Shown here: piece after piece, positions 51,977-64,000 of the stretch
Position numbering within the stretch: the stretch's first letter is position 1
Layout: the number at the start of each line of letters is the position of its first letter
Assembly: GCA_051294375.1 (NCBI GenBank)
Contig: CM119267.1
Coordinates: 21,553,118 to 21,617,117, forward strand
DNA length: 64,000 bases
DNA from: Paraspadella gotoi
Taxonomy: Eukaryota; Animalia; Chaetognatha
Direction of reading: 5' to 3'
The notes under the pieces: model-generated
Told to the model about the DNA's origin: nothing
Databases searched by the model: none
The model's input: the letters and a program-made list of their open reading frames with translations, nothing else
Program-made: the position numbers and the translations under genes

Positions 51977-53204
51977 TTCTCTCTCTCTCTCTTTCTTGGT
52001 GAGCGATTCGTAATAAAAACGAAATTCAATCAACTTTTGTTGTGTGGACGCAAAACGTGCGATATTTGGGGGTCGTTGCCGTCGTGGTCTTCGTCGTTGT
52101 CGTCGTCGTCGTCGTTTTTCCATTTACGTATTCGTCTCCGTCGTCTTTTCAATCTTCTGGATTTTCTCTCTCTATACCGATGAAATTTAAATGCTAATGT
52201 ATACAGCGTAAAAATAATCTATCATGACCATAGATTATGGTATTAAAATATTTTTTGTCAAAAATGCTTTCTTCTGAGGGTACTCGCCTAATTAAAAATA
52301 TTATATTACTATATAGAGCAAAAAATATTTTTTAAAATCTTAAAAATTGTTTGATGAATTCTGATAGAGCATAAAAAGTTAAACAAGAAATATAATTACA
52401 GCTTTTAAAAATTCTTACGTTTTCTAAGTGAAAATATAAAAAAACTGATAAAATCATCAAAAGATGATGATGATGATGATTTTTTATAGTTTTTCTTATT
52501 TTTGACACACTTATCGTAAAAATATTTAAAAAAGAATCATACTTTGTGTACACAACTTTTTATGAGCTATCTGAATCTGGTCTTAAAATTTAAAAATTCC
52601 CAAAAAAATTTTTGGCCTTTCCTATCTATAAATAAATATTAAAAAATTAATTACTAGGGTTAGAGCCATATAGAAATTTTTTGTCCATTGAAAGTATTCT
52701 TAAAAATGTCTAAATATTCGTTTGAGAATGTACTCACTCTAAATTTTTGACTCACCCCATTGAGTGCGGCTTTGATTCTATAGACTATAGAATCAAAATC
52801 TCTGGAATTGTTGATCTTATGCCATAAGTTATGGTCGATAAGGAAAAAAACAAAAACGTCATTACGCCGGTTCCAGACTGCGTTGTTACTAATTTCTTTA
52901 TCCACCTAGAACGCTAAGCGAATTGTTCCATTAACTCATGTAGCACGGTGAAAAATTATATTTGCAACATTTAAAATTAAAATAAAAACCTGATAAAAAT
53001 TTAAGATTCTTTGCCTCGGAATCCAGTCCATTTTAACCATTTCAATTTCCTTCACAAACAAAAAACAAGAAAACCCTCTTCCTTCCTTTGCGCCAAAATG
53101 CGATTCGCCAGAAATGGCTCTCTTATTCCAGAGCGCCCCGTGTCTGTTCCTTTATCCCGGAAATATATTTTTCAATTTTTTAAATTCATAACCTAATCTT
53201 CAAA

Positions 53205-53273
53205 CCTAATCTTGTAAGTGTGATGAAGGCCTTAAACCACCAAAGCCTGTCCAAAGTCAGGGACAAGATAGGT
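53205..53273 (+). ncRNA. Minimal (P3-less) twister motif, P5-type, one T1 mismatch
   Basis: ATCTTGT AA GTGT GA TGA AGGCCT TAA ACC AC C AAA G CCTG T-CCA-AA-GT CAGG G ACAAGAT. P5 is at least 7 bp; T2 AC/GT; T1 CCA/TGA (sibling copies have TGG). Confidence 0.75.
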
Positions 53274-53429
53274 AAAAAAAAGGGGAAAAAAATAAATAAA
53301 ATAAAATTAAAAAAAATAAAAATAAAATAAAATAAGATAAAATTTTTTAACTTTTCTCATTGGTTCGTTTTTCATGCAAATCAATGTCTTCTACACGAAT
53401 GCTAATTAGAAAAGAAAATGAAATTTTCA

Positions 53430-53551
53430 ACCTTGATCCCTAACCCTAAGTATTAACCTAATCATTAACCCTAATCTCTAACCTAATCTTTAACTTTAAA
53501 ATATTAACCCAATACCAAATTTAAGATGAAATGGAGCGTCCTTGGAAAATA
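53430..53551 (-). mobile_element. Partial inverted copy of the MITE-like family
   Basis: ccctaacc-like repeats ending in aaatggagcgtccttggaaaata. Confidence 0.5.
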
Positions 53552-53847
53552 AAGCCTTTTTTTTTGCCAGTTTAAAATTAAAGAAACCACTAAGCTCGAA
53601 AATGCGGGAATAAGACTATTAAGTTTTTTTTTTCCTCCGACAGATCGTCACCGTGTCTGGCGACGTCATCCGATTAGACGTCGTCTTCGTCGTCTTGGTC
53701 GTCGTCGTCGTCCTCATCTCTTTCCATATCGTTTTCCCTTTTCTCAGTTCAAAACGAAAGAAATCACTTAAATGAAAAACTGTCACTTTTTCCCAAAAAA
53801 ATATTTTTTTTTTGTTTTCACCCAACCATTTTTCTCTTCGTTATTCA

Positions 53848-53895
<48 letters not shown>

Positions 53896-53896
53896 T

Positions 53897-53934
<38 letters not shown>

Positions 53935-54554
53935 CCCCTATCCGATTTTCTCCGCGCCTTTATTTTTCCTTCTTTCGCCATTTATTTCCATTTCGAGTCC
54001 ATTTTCGTGCCCTTTAATCTTTCTTTTGTGCTAACCAGCTCCCGGAAGTCGCTAGGAACGGATGGCCTCTTTTTTTTTACAGAGAGAGAAAGAATCATCT
54101 GGGCCTCGCATCTTCTGAATCGAGTTGAAACACAAGAAAGAATCGCCGGTTTTCAATAATGTTATAATTTTAAATTTTTCCCGGCTTGAAACAGTAAATA
54201 TAACTAAAAGAGAGACAGAGAGAGATCCCATCTCACTAGTCACTAGTTTACTTATTTTTTTTTTTAAAGCGAATTGAGTATAAAATTGCAACTTCTTTTT
54301 ATTTAAAAAAAGAATCTAAACTCGTAAAAGTTTAATTTTACATCGATGTTGATAACAAATTATTATATTTTTTATTTTGTTTTGAAATTACATGAAATTT
54401 AAGTCGATGTTTACATATCGATCCCCAGAAACAGCAAAACAGCAAAACAGCGTCATTGAGCCACTTCAAAAACCAGTCTCCAAAAAAATACCAATTTCTA
54501 TTTCAGATTAAAAAACCAGTCCTCGGTTTTAAATTAAATATTCGTCTCGCCTGA

Positions 54555-54599
<45 letters not shown>

Positions 54600-54773
54600 C
54601 TCAACCCAGATCCTGTTTGACGTTAAGATTCTTTCCCGTTTCAACTCGGTTTCATTCCTGACTCCTTCGCCGGCTAATATTTAAAATATTATATTTTAAA
54701 ACGCAGCGCCTGTCTCTCTCTCTATCTAGCTCACAGTGATCTATTTCCTCGGGTAGAAATCTCAACCTTCGAA

Positions 54774-57035
54774 ATGGCTCATCTCGGCAAGGAATTCCCC
54801 AACTTCGAAGCGGAAACGACTCACGGCAAAATCGACTTCCACGACTGGCTGGGGGGATCCTGGGCGATCCTGTTCTCTCACCCGGCAGACTACACGCCGG
54901 TGTGTACCACCGAACTTGCCAAGGCCATCGACTACCAGGACAAGTTCGCCGAAAGGTTGGTGGCCATTCGTTGCTCTACGTAGTACATACTGTGGGTTTT
55001 AAGTAGTAATTTTAAGAATTTGCGGAACGGGATATCATTTAAATAAGTAGACAGGGATTTCAACAGGAAACCAAAGTGGATTTTATTTCAATTGTGAACA
55101 AGCCTAAGACGGTGTCAGGAATGATATGATGCATATTTTAAAATTATCTTTTAGTTATAACATGTGGCATCATGGAAGGTTTAATCAAGGGCAAACGGAA
55201 CTGTCGTGCATTGATTTGATAAAAAAAAATATAATTAAAGTTTTCGTTTTCGATCAAGTTTTGATCTAATGTTAAAATAAGCATTATTACCCTTTTCACT
55301 ACATTCTTTCTCGACCTCGTCAGAGGCGTCAAGATGATCGCCCTCTCTTGCGACTCCGTGGACGATCATCTCGGGTGGACGAAGGACGTCGAGTTTTACT
55401 GCAGCAAAAATTTCAGCGCCGACGAAAGCAAAACGATGAAGTATCCGATCATCGCGGACAAGGAGAGGAAACTGGCGGAGAAGTTCGGGATGCTCGATCC
55501 CGACGAAGTCAACGCCGCGGTGAGGGATCGAGATTTGAGGAGGGATGGAGATTTAGGCGAGGGAGATTTAGGGGGCATGGAGATTTTCTAGAATGGAGAT
55601 TTTGGGAACGGATGGAGATTTACTGAGAATGGGGATTTTAGGGATTGAGATTTGAGGAAGGGATGCAGATTTTGGGAGATGGTGATTTTGGGGACATGGA
55701 GATTTGCTGGAATGGATATTTTAGGGATTGAGATTTGAGGGGGGATGAAGTTTGTGGGAGGGATGGGGATTTTGTGGAATGGAGATTTTGGGATAGGATA
55801 GAGATTAACTGAGAATTGAGATTTTGGGGATTGAGATTTGAAGTAGGGATGAAGATTTTGGGGTGTTAAAATTTGGGAGATTTAGATTTTGGGGGATGAA
55901 GATTTGTGACAGTGATTTTGACGATAATAATTTAGGAGAATGGATATTTGAGGGTAATAAAGAGAAATTACCGACGACAAATATTTTTAGCCTTCAAATG
56001 GCACGATTGAGTGTGTTTGAAATCCTCCACAACCCAGGGCATCCCTCTTCCGGCCCGCGCCTGCTTCGTCATCGGACCCGACAAGCGCCTTAAACTCTCG
56101 ATTCTTTATCCAGCGACGACGGGTAGAAACTTTGACGAAATACTTCGCGTCATCGATTCGCTGCAACTTACCGCTAATAAGAAGGTAAGTTCTTACTTGG
56201 ATATAAGTGTTATCGGGTGGACTTGGTAATTGCCGGATACCTTTTAAAAAAGAATTATGCGCTGAATCCCACAGCGATTATGCGTTTTCTTAAATTTAAG
56301 ATCTTTTGGAGACGAGATTGTTGGCGGCGGGAAATGACTTAGTTAGGTTTATATTGTCTATATTGACGATAAATAATACAGGGAGGTCCAGCTCTTTTGG
56401 GACTAAATTAAAAAAATCGTGTTGACGGGTAAACGAAAAAATAATTAAATACAAATTGGTTCCTTTGTTAAAAGTTGTAATAACAACACAATCAATTAAA
56501 AAGATTCGCATTTGGCAACCATAACCTTCTCTAAGTGCCCAGAGATGGCGAGATATGCTTTTGGGACCGCGTCCGTTTGAAATGTTATAATTTTTGTCGC
56601 TATTTTTTCTGTCAGAAAGTCGACAATTCTAGAGGGGATGAGTGAGACATTTCGCTTTTCTGTCGTAAATTTTCATTAATCAGGGGGATTGCAGTCAGAA
56701 AAATTCCGCGGCCAAAATTTAAACATCATTATCCTTAATCTTGATTTTCGCCAAAATTTCTTAAAATTTTGTATGGAAGCGGCGCAAAGAAATTTGACAT
56801 GTAATGATTGCGATTTGCATGACGACTACAATTTAAGCTTGCCTTCAAATTCGAGTTCCAAATTTTCGGATTTTCATTTTCTAAGGTGGCGACGCCCGTC
56901 AACTGGACCAGCGGCGACAACTGCATGGTGTTGCCCAACATCAAGCCCGAAGACGCCAAGGGCATGTTTCCCGGGCACAAGCAGGTCGAGCTGCCTTCGG
57001 GAAAGTCTTACCTCAGGACGACTCCGCAGCCTTGA
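54774..57035 (+). CDS. PRDX6: 1-Cys peroxiredoxin (peroxiredoxin-6), 224 aa
   Basis: Exons 54774-54955, 55324-55519, 56038-56184, 56886-57035 (675 nt, phases consistent). Motifs: [14 protein letters not shown] active site, [35 protein letters not shown]. Confidence 0.97.
55528..55905. repeat. Degenerate ~19-20-bp minisatellite (ggagattttggg..) in PRDX6 intron 2
   Basis: Recurrent gagattt cores at about 19-20-nt spacing. Confidence 0.75.
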
Positions 57036-57904
57036 ATTGAAAGATCTGGAGTCGAAAAATCTCGAGACGTGGCGCATGCGCGATAAAGAGTTAAATATCT
57101 TTTTAGGTTTACGATATATATTTTCATTTGTTTCGTATAAGAAGGGAATACATTGTTTTATATTTAGAGTTGATTTTTAGAAAAATAAAAAAACAGATTT
57201 ATTATTTTGCCTTATATTTGTCTTTACTCGAACGTTGTTAAGGATAGTTTTAAATACAATCCACGAAGCTATTACTGATGTAGTTAGAAGTGGGTGATTA
57301 CTCTCTGAAACAAATCGAGAGTTTGTTGCTAGGCAACTTCCTGGCAACCAAATATTTATCTTTCGTTCGGAGGTTGAGCGCCAAATTTCGCTCCCCCCCG
57401 TACCTCCCTTTCTTCTCCTTTCTTCCTTCTTTCCTTCCTATACCTCCTTCCCTTTCTTACCTTCCCTTCCTCTTCCTTCCTCCCTCTTTCCCAATTTTTC
57501 TACAACGAAAAAATAAAATGAGACCCGGAATTCATTCCTTATTCGGTTACATGTGCTATCGCGACAAACTTGTCCAGATCTCTCGCCGGCCAGGCTTCGC
57601 GACGTCCTCGCGATGCCCTGCATTTTTAATAAGATTAGATCCGTTCTTGGGCGTTTGGAGAAGATATACGCGGTCACTTTTGCAACCACCTTGTGGCTAA
57701 TTCAATAAATACTGCGTCGACGATGGAAAAGGGTAAACGCAAACCCTCACGATTCACGCGAAAAAAAAAACAAACCAAAAGGCTATCGCTGAACCCGATT
57801 ACCAAAGCAGACGACGAAAAAAAAATGCTCAAAAAATACAGGAAGTAGAAAAAAAGAAAAAAGAGAAAAAAAACTCGCTGACTCGCGGATAAAAATATCA
57901 ATAT

Positions 57905-57945
<41 letters not shown>

Positions 57946-58262
57946 ACTTTCTCTCTTTTGTGTTCTCTCGTTCTATCGTTTTCATTCTTTGATTCATGAC
58001 ACAATTTTTTTTTGCCCGCCAGCGACCAAATGAAGCGTTTAGTTTTTTGCAAATGAACCGAGTGAACGTTGAAACACACGAGCTAAAAACGCAACTCGAA
58101 ACACCCAAACACTGAACGGTCAACAATTGAAAAGTTAACAACTAAACAGTAAACACTAAACTGTGTCGATGCGGAAATGCAACGGAAAGACTTATCAAAC
58201 GCAACTCAGTGATTCTGGGGGAAGAACCATCGTCGACGTCGTTGCCTTAATTGGAACCAATA

Positions 58263-58315
<53 letters not shown>

Positions 58316-58334
58316 TCCGTCTTCGCACACAAAA

Positions 58335-61317
58335 ATGCCTCAACCGACGACGGGTGGACCCACGGAGTACTATACTCGATCAACCACGCCGGACATGCCA
58401 CACAAGGTGGAGAGAGAGAGAGAGAGCGAAATAGGGAGAAGAGTGAGTGAGGGGGTGTATAGAGAGAGGAAAGGAGGGGGAGAGAGAGAGAGACACAAAC
58501 ATACAGAGAGAGAGAGAAAGTCATTTATTTATAATCAACTACATCTAATACATCTATTTGTCTTATAAAGAATAATTTTTTAACTCATCAATTTATATTT
58601 TTTATTTTCCCTGTTTATTCTCAGATGTTTTTAATCTTTACAACCGGCGTCGTTCTATTTTCTCTCGGCATCATCATTCTTTGCGTCGCATCTTTAGGTA
58701 ATAGAAGAAATAAAGATTTTATGTTCTATTCAATAGACGTATGAATAAAAGATTTGGAAAGGAAAGTTTAAATAGGCTTACATAAAACAAATTGCAAAGT
58801 TACTCGTTTTACTCTTTATGTGTTTTTAGATTTTTTTATATTTAATATTCATGATTTTATTTATTTGTTTTTTTTTTATTGTGAACATTTAAATCTAATA
58901 TCATTTATCTATTATTGTGATGAGGACGTTAGCGTTTTATTCTGAATATAATATAATATAATATAAGAAAGAAAGCAATATATATTTGAATAAATAATAA
59001 GATTAAATACTAAATCCTTCATAAAATATAAAAATAGAAAATAGTGAAACAAGTAATTTGCAAATTTTCATAATATAATAGTAGATTTAAAAAGGAGAAA
59101 ATCTTCCCCTTTCCCCCTCCCCATCGCCTTCTTGTCCCAAAGATCCGATTCTGACCAAGAAAACCTTCACTCGACTCGAATGGAATCTCACTCAATCCGC
59201 CAACTTCGATGGAACCATTCCGCGTCGCCGAAAGGAACCCGAGTTAGTTTTTCTTTCTTTCTTTTATGGTATATATATATATTTATTTAAACTGATAATT
59301 TTTGACCCCTGGAAACCCGAGCAAATAAAACGCCCCCCTTTCTCTCTCTCTCAGCCCCGACGCTGGACTGGGCGCGGCCATGTTGCCCCTCCTCGTCGTC
59401 GGATTCTCTCTCTTCGTAGCCTCAGTCTGCGTCATGTGTCTCGCCTGCGTCGCTTACGTCGCTCACTTTCACTACATGGACTTTAAGGAGGAGAAGAGGG
59501 TCCCGTTGATCGTGCTGTGGACGAGGTAAGGGTAGCGGGAGGTGAGAGGGGAGGTGGGATGAGGTGGGGGGTAAGCTGGGGAAGAGATGAGAAAGAGGTG
59601 GGAGAGAAGGAAGAAAAGAGGAGGAAAAATGAAGAAATTGTGGGGGGAAATACGTTATCATGCCTTTTTACCGTATCTTTCCATGTTATGTTATCATTCC
59701 ATGTTACGATATAATGCCATGTTACGTTACCATGTCTTTGTCACTTCTATCCACTGTCATTACTTTTTTTTTTAATATTTCAACGACTCTTTTTAATTTT
59801 TCAGCAAATGTTGCGGCGACTTGGCCGAAGACGACGACAATTGTGACGACGTCGACGACGACGACGACGACGACGCCAACGACGACGATCGCCGATCGGC
59901 GGAGGAAGGGCGCGTCGTCGCCAGAAAAGGTTCGTGTGAAAAGGCATGGCCATAGGTGTTGCCATAGGTGTTGCCATAGGTGTTGCCATAGGTGTTCGTT
60001 AATCTCATTTGCATATTTTTAGTATTTTTTTATATTTTAAGTAGGATGCCATCGAAAAACAGAGGCGGAGAATACAGTTCATCATGTCTGTTTGAGTATT
60101 TTTAGCCCTCTATCCGTTTTTAAGGCTTGATAAAATTTGAAATTCAACATGGTTGACTCAATACAAAGTTTATTTTTCGCGGGTATACATTATAAAAGGG
60201 TGACAATAACCAAATGAACTCCGATGTTCTCAACTGCTCATACATCGGTTGAATCCAAATATTTTTGGGGTGCCACATAGTAGCCAAATATATTCATAAA
60301 AGCCGATAAAGGGCGGTAATCCGCATTGAACGAGCCAGTATGTGTTCTTTTTTAGTTTCTGTATTTGGTTTATTAATGTTTAATCTTTTTTTTTATACTA
60401 CTGTCATTTAACAGCTATTTTTCTTTAAAAATGATTGTGATTCCGACTGCAGAGAGAAACGCGGAAACGAGGAGAGAAGAACATTGGAAGCAAAGGAGGT
60501 CTGGCGACGAGAGCAAGTTCGCTTCCACGCTCAGGTTGCTTAACTATTTCTTTTATTTTTAGCGTAAAGATAGTTCATTATATAAATATACAACATATAT
60601 ATCAATTTTTATCCCGCCGTTATCGCCGCAGCACCACCTTGGACTCCGATGCAACGGACGTTCTTCGATCCGCGGATCGGACGTTGTCGCCCACGACGAG
60701 ATGCAGGGACGCGTTGGAAAGAAGGCGGTGAGGAAAGAGAGAAGAGGGGTTGGGGGTGCACAGGTTAACGCCCTGCTCCTTCCTCTGTCCGCCTATCTCG
60801 TACACAATGTTATATTTTGAAAAAAAGGCCTCCAGGTTAACGCCCTGCTCCTTTCTCTGTCCGCCTATCTCGAGTGGGGAGAGGGAGGTAGAAAGAAAAG
60901 GGTGTAGGGAGAGGGAGTGATTAAAGGTAGATGGAGGGAGGGAGTAGAGGGGATGAGGAAAGAAATGAAAGTGGAAAAGAGATGAGATAATAAAGAAAAT
61001 AAAGATAAAAATGATAAACAGAAGCTACAAAAAAAAAACCAACAAAAAAACAGCCGATTACAAAAAACAATATTCTTTTTTTTTTCCTCAGCGCCGTGAA
61101 TGACGCGATGCCATCCGCTGCCGCCGACGCCGCTGCCGACGCCGCAGACGCCGTCTCCCGCGACGGCGCCTCCTCGTCGTCGTCGGCGTTTCCGCTGGCG
61201 CACAGCACGCCGCGCCGCGGAAACACGCCGCGGGTCGGGGCGCGTGGCGGACGATCAGACGATACTCCGGAAGCGGAACCCGATGACGCCGCCCATTCGG
61301 AGATTTTAAAATGTTAA
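58335..61317 (+). CDS. Uncharacterised two-transmembrane protein, 314 aa
   Basis: Eight phase-consistent exons: 58335-58406, 58625-58697, 59143-59242, 59355-59525, 59805-59929, 60453-60534, 60632-60727, 61092-61317 (945 nt). TM1 FLIFTTGVVLFSLGIIILCVASL, loop with an NLT sequon, TM2 LPLLVVGFSLFVASVCVMCLACVAYV, Asp-rich tail. Confidence 0.8.
59949..59996. repeat. 12-bp tandem repeat (CCATAGGTGTTG)x4
   Basis: Directly visible; intronic. Confidence 0.9.
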
Positions 61318-61522
61318 TTATAAAATACATTTCTGAATCAATTTTTTTGAACTTTAGCGCAAAATGAATTTTTTTTTTTTTCATTTTGCGCTGAAAAGTT
61401 TTGCTAAGTAATTAACTCGTATTTAACAAAGTTTGAGAAGCTCGAAAACTTCATGTCGTCATGAACATCACTTTGCTTGGTTGCCGTCGTCCGTCCCCTG
61501 TTTAATTGAAATCAGTTAGGCG

Positions 61523-61588
61523 CACAATCCAGAACTGCGGATCTGGCTGTAAAGCGGGTGGGTTAAACGCACCGTCTTTCTTGTTATG
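61523..61588 (-). ncRNA. Degenerate twister motif
   Basis: CATAAC AA GAAA GA CGG TGCGTT TAA CCC AC C..G CCAGA T-CCG-CA-GT TCTGG ATTGTG. P4, T1 and T2 pair, but P2' and the conserved L4 A are mutated. Confidence 0.6.
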
Positions 61589-62972
61589 AACATCCAGATC
61601 TATTGGGCAAGAACTTAAAATGAAGAAAAGCAAAGAAAGGCAAAAAAAAGAAAAAAAAAGAAAAGAAAAGAAAAGAAAAGAAAAGAAAAGAAAAGGAATG
61701 AAAAGGAATGAAAAGAAAATAAAAGAAATTAAAAGAAAAGAAAAGAAAAGAAAAGAAAAGAAAAGNNNNNNNNNNNNNNNNNNNNNNNNNNNNNNNNNNN
61801 NNNNNNNNNNNNNNNNNNNNNNNNNNNNNNNNNNNNNNNNNNNNNNNNNNNNNNNNNNNNNNNNNNNNNNNNNNNNNNNNNNNNNNNNNNNNNNNNNNNN
61901 NNNNNNNNNNNNNNNNNNNNNNNNNNNNNNNNNNNNNNNNNNNNNNNNNNNNNNNNNNNNNNNNNNNNNNNNNNNNNNNNNNNNNNNNNNNNNNNNNNNN
62001 NNNNNNNNNNNNNNNNNNNNNNNNNNNNNNNNNNNNNNNNNNNNNNNNNGAATACAATAGAAAGAACGGTGTCATTTACATCGATGAACACAAGCGGGTG
62101 GCGATAGCGAACGTGTTGGGTTGAAAATTTGTTTAATCAAATTAATTAGCCAACGATTTTAACGAGTGATCACAATCGTTGGCTATTTATGTTCTTAATA
62201 ATGCCAGTTTTGTTCAATTATATTCTCTTTTAACAATCTAAGTATTATTTAAAAGTTTGTTAAATCTTTTTCTTAAAATCGATTCTTATGTTTTAACATG
62301 TAATTACGCTTTGTATGATTCATAATCGCGCTTTTCTGCCTTACAGTTACTGTTACTCATACTCCGTTTTATATTCCGAATACAATAAAATAAAAGACAT
62401 TGCCTTAATTTTTATAGTAATGAGTTTATTGCATAGTAAGCATGAATATGGTCGTTAAAAAAGGTGTTAATGGCAAGAGGAGTTGAAAGAGAGAGAGAGA
62501 GAGACAGAGAGCGAGACAGAGACAAAGACAACGAAAAAAGAGCAAAAGAAAAAAAGAGTGGATTGTCTGGTTGACCGATATGTCTATCATCGNNNNNNNN
62601 NNCCAATTTCATATTAATGGGAATCGATTGTTGAATAATTATCATTTTATGGGGTCAATATGACGAAACTTTGTTCNNNNNNNNNNNNNNNNNNNNNNNN
62701 NNNNNNNNNNNNNNNNNNNNNNNNNNNNNNNNNNNNNNNNNNNNNNNNNNNNNNNNNNNNNNNNNNNNNNNNNNNNNNNNNNNNNNNNNNNNNNNNNNNN
62801 NNNNNNNNNNNNNNNNNNNNNNNNNNNNNNNNNNNNNNNNNNNNNNNNNNNNNNNNNNNNNNNNNNNNNNNNNNNNNNNNNNNNNNNNNNNNNNNNNNNN
62901 NNNNNNNNNNNNNNNNNNNNNNNNNNNNNNNNNNNNNNNNNNNNNTTGTAATTTTCTTCTCGTCTTCTCGTG

Positions 62973-63753
62973 ATGGATCCGCCGTCTTATTCCCTCGAAG
63001 ATCGTTGCCCAACGTCCATCATCGTCGTGCCCCCCGTTAGCGCCCTCGGCGTTACGGCGCCNNNNNNNNNNGTGATGGATCCGCCGTTTTATTCCCTCGA
63101 AGATCGTTGCCCAGCGTCCAGCATCGTCGTGCCCCCCGTTAGCGCCCACGGCGTTACGGCGCCCCCTCGTGATCATCATCTGACCCACTCTGCATCGTCG
63201 AATCTCGGAACCGCCCCAACAACGACTATTACGGTCGAACCAAACCAAACACAACCTTCCACGACTGAAGGCACGTTTGAGGGGCAATCGGAACCTCCGC
63301 CAGCGTACGTACTAGTGGCGCCACCGGCGTACGTACTAGAAATGCCGCCACGATACACTCCAGAAGCTCCGCCGCCGTACGTCGAAGTGAATCAATCTGA
63401 GAGGTGTGTAACACTGTAACAGGCTATAATTAAGTACTGCTTAAAAAACGCAATCTTAAAGTCCTTCATGTTACCCTCCAAAATCCCCAATCCCCGATCC
63501 CCGATTCCTGTCCCCATTCCTTCCAAAAACTCGTCTTTAGACCGACCCCTGTCTTCTTCACTGTCGCCGGCGGCGTCGAAGTCCGACCGACACCAGCGCC
63601 CTCTAAACTGGCGAGGGAGAAGCGCGACCTCTATCGCCATATCGCCGTCTTCGTCGGCGTCATTCTCAACCCGCTCGTCGGGACTTTCGCTTGGATGCTG
63701 AGTTTCAAGGCTGACCAAGCGTTTGAACGAGGGGAAAGGGAAAAGGCGACGAG
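62973..63753 (+). CDS. CD225/dispanin-family (PRRT/IFITM-like) protein with Pro-rich PPxY N-terminus; 3'-partial
   Basis: Exon to 63403 (AG|gtgtgt) joins in phase to 63541-63753, encoding RDLYRHIAVFVGVILNPLVGTFAWMLSFKADQAFERGEREKAT. This fits the CD225 pattern (hydrophobic..P.G..A...S.K...A...G..E.A). The first ~100 nt are duplicated across an N-gap. Confidence 0.7.
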
Positions 63754-63811
63754 GTGAGAACAACGCCTTGTCTTTTGTTTGTTTTTTTTGGGGGGGGGCG
63801 AAATTGGTCCT

Positions 63812-63970
63812 TATTTTCCCAGAACGCCCCATTTTATCTTAAATTCGGAATAAGCTTAATTTTTTTAAATATTAGGTTAAAGGTTGGGTTAGGGATTCAA
63901 TTAGGGATTTAGGTTAGTGATTAAGGTTTGGAATTTAGGTTAGGGACTAGCATTTAAAGTTAGGGATTAT
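63812..63970 (+). mobile_element. Partial copy of the MITE-like family
   Basis: tattttcccagaacgccccattttatcttaaattcggaa plus ggttagggatt repeats. Confidence 0.55.
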
Positions 63971-64000
63971 GAAATTGGTACAACCAATGATATAACCAAT

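Noticed and set aside
57530-57700. Short ORF MRPGIHSLFGYMCY.. downstream of PRDX6
   Set aside because: No recognisable motif or supporting exons on either strand.
59949-59996. CRISPR-like array (also the 38-bp duplicate at 60771/60833)
   Set aside because: Simple tandem or duplicated sequence with no array of unique spacers, in a eukaryotic intron with no cas genes.

Overview
AT-rich, intron-rich animal (probably invertebrate) genomic DNA with many (AG)n and (GAC)n microsatellites and N-gaps. Most ORF-track calls are microsatellite artefacts; the real genes had to be spliced by hand. (1) A minus-strand natriuretic-peptide-receptor / receptor guanylyl cyclase-type gene. Its ectodomain and TM exons span about 2.2-42 kb, and no kinase-homology or cyclase exons are in the window. 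(2) Genes nested in its introns: a sulfotransferase-fold gene (+), a small Cys-rich GPI-type gene (-) and possibly a third small gene (-). (3) A 4-exon 1-Cys peroxiredoxin (PRDX6), an 8-exon orphan 2-TM gene, and the 5' part of a CD225/dispanin gene with multiple PPxY motifs. (4) The 7.4-33.3 kb region is 2-4 near-identical, indel-ridden copies, most likely an assembly artefact. The main discovery is a dispersed family of circularly permuted (P5-type) twister ribozyme motifs whose stems and pseudoknots co-vary between copies. One instance sits in a 408-bp, 1.7-unit tandem element with a TATA-like motif and tRNA-like Pol III boxes, i.e. a twister-based retrozyme/SINE-like element. Another apparently intact copy is in sense orientation in a probable receptor intron. 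All calls are by eye; no searches were run.
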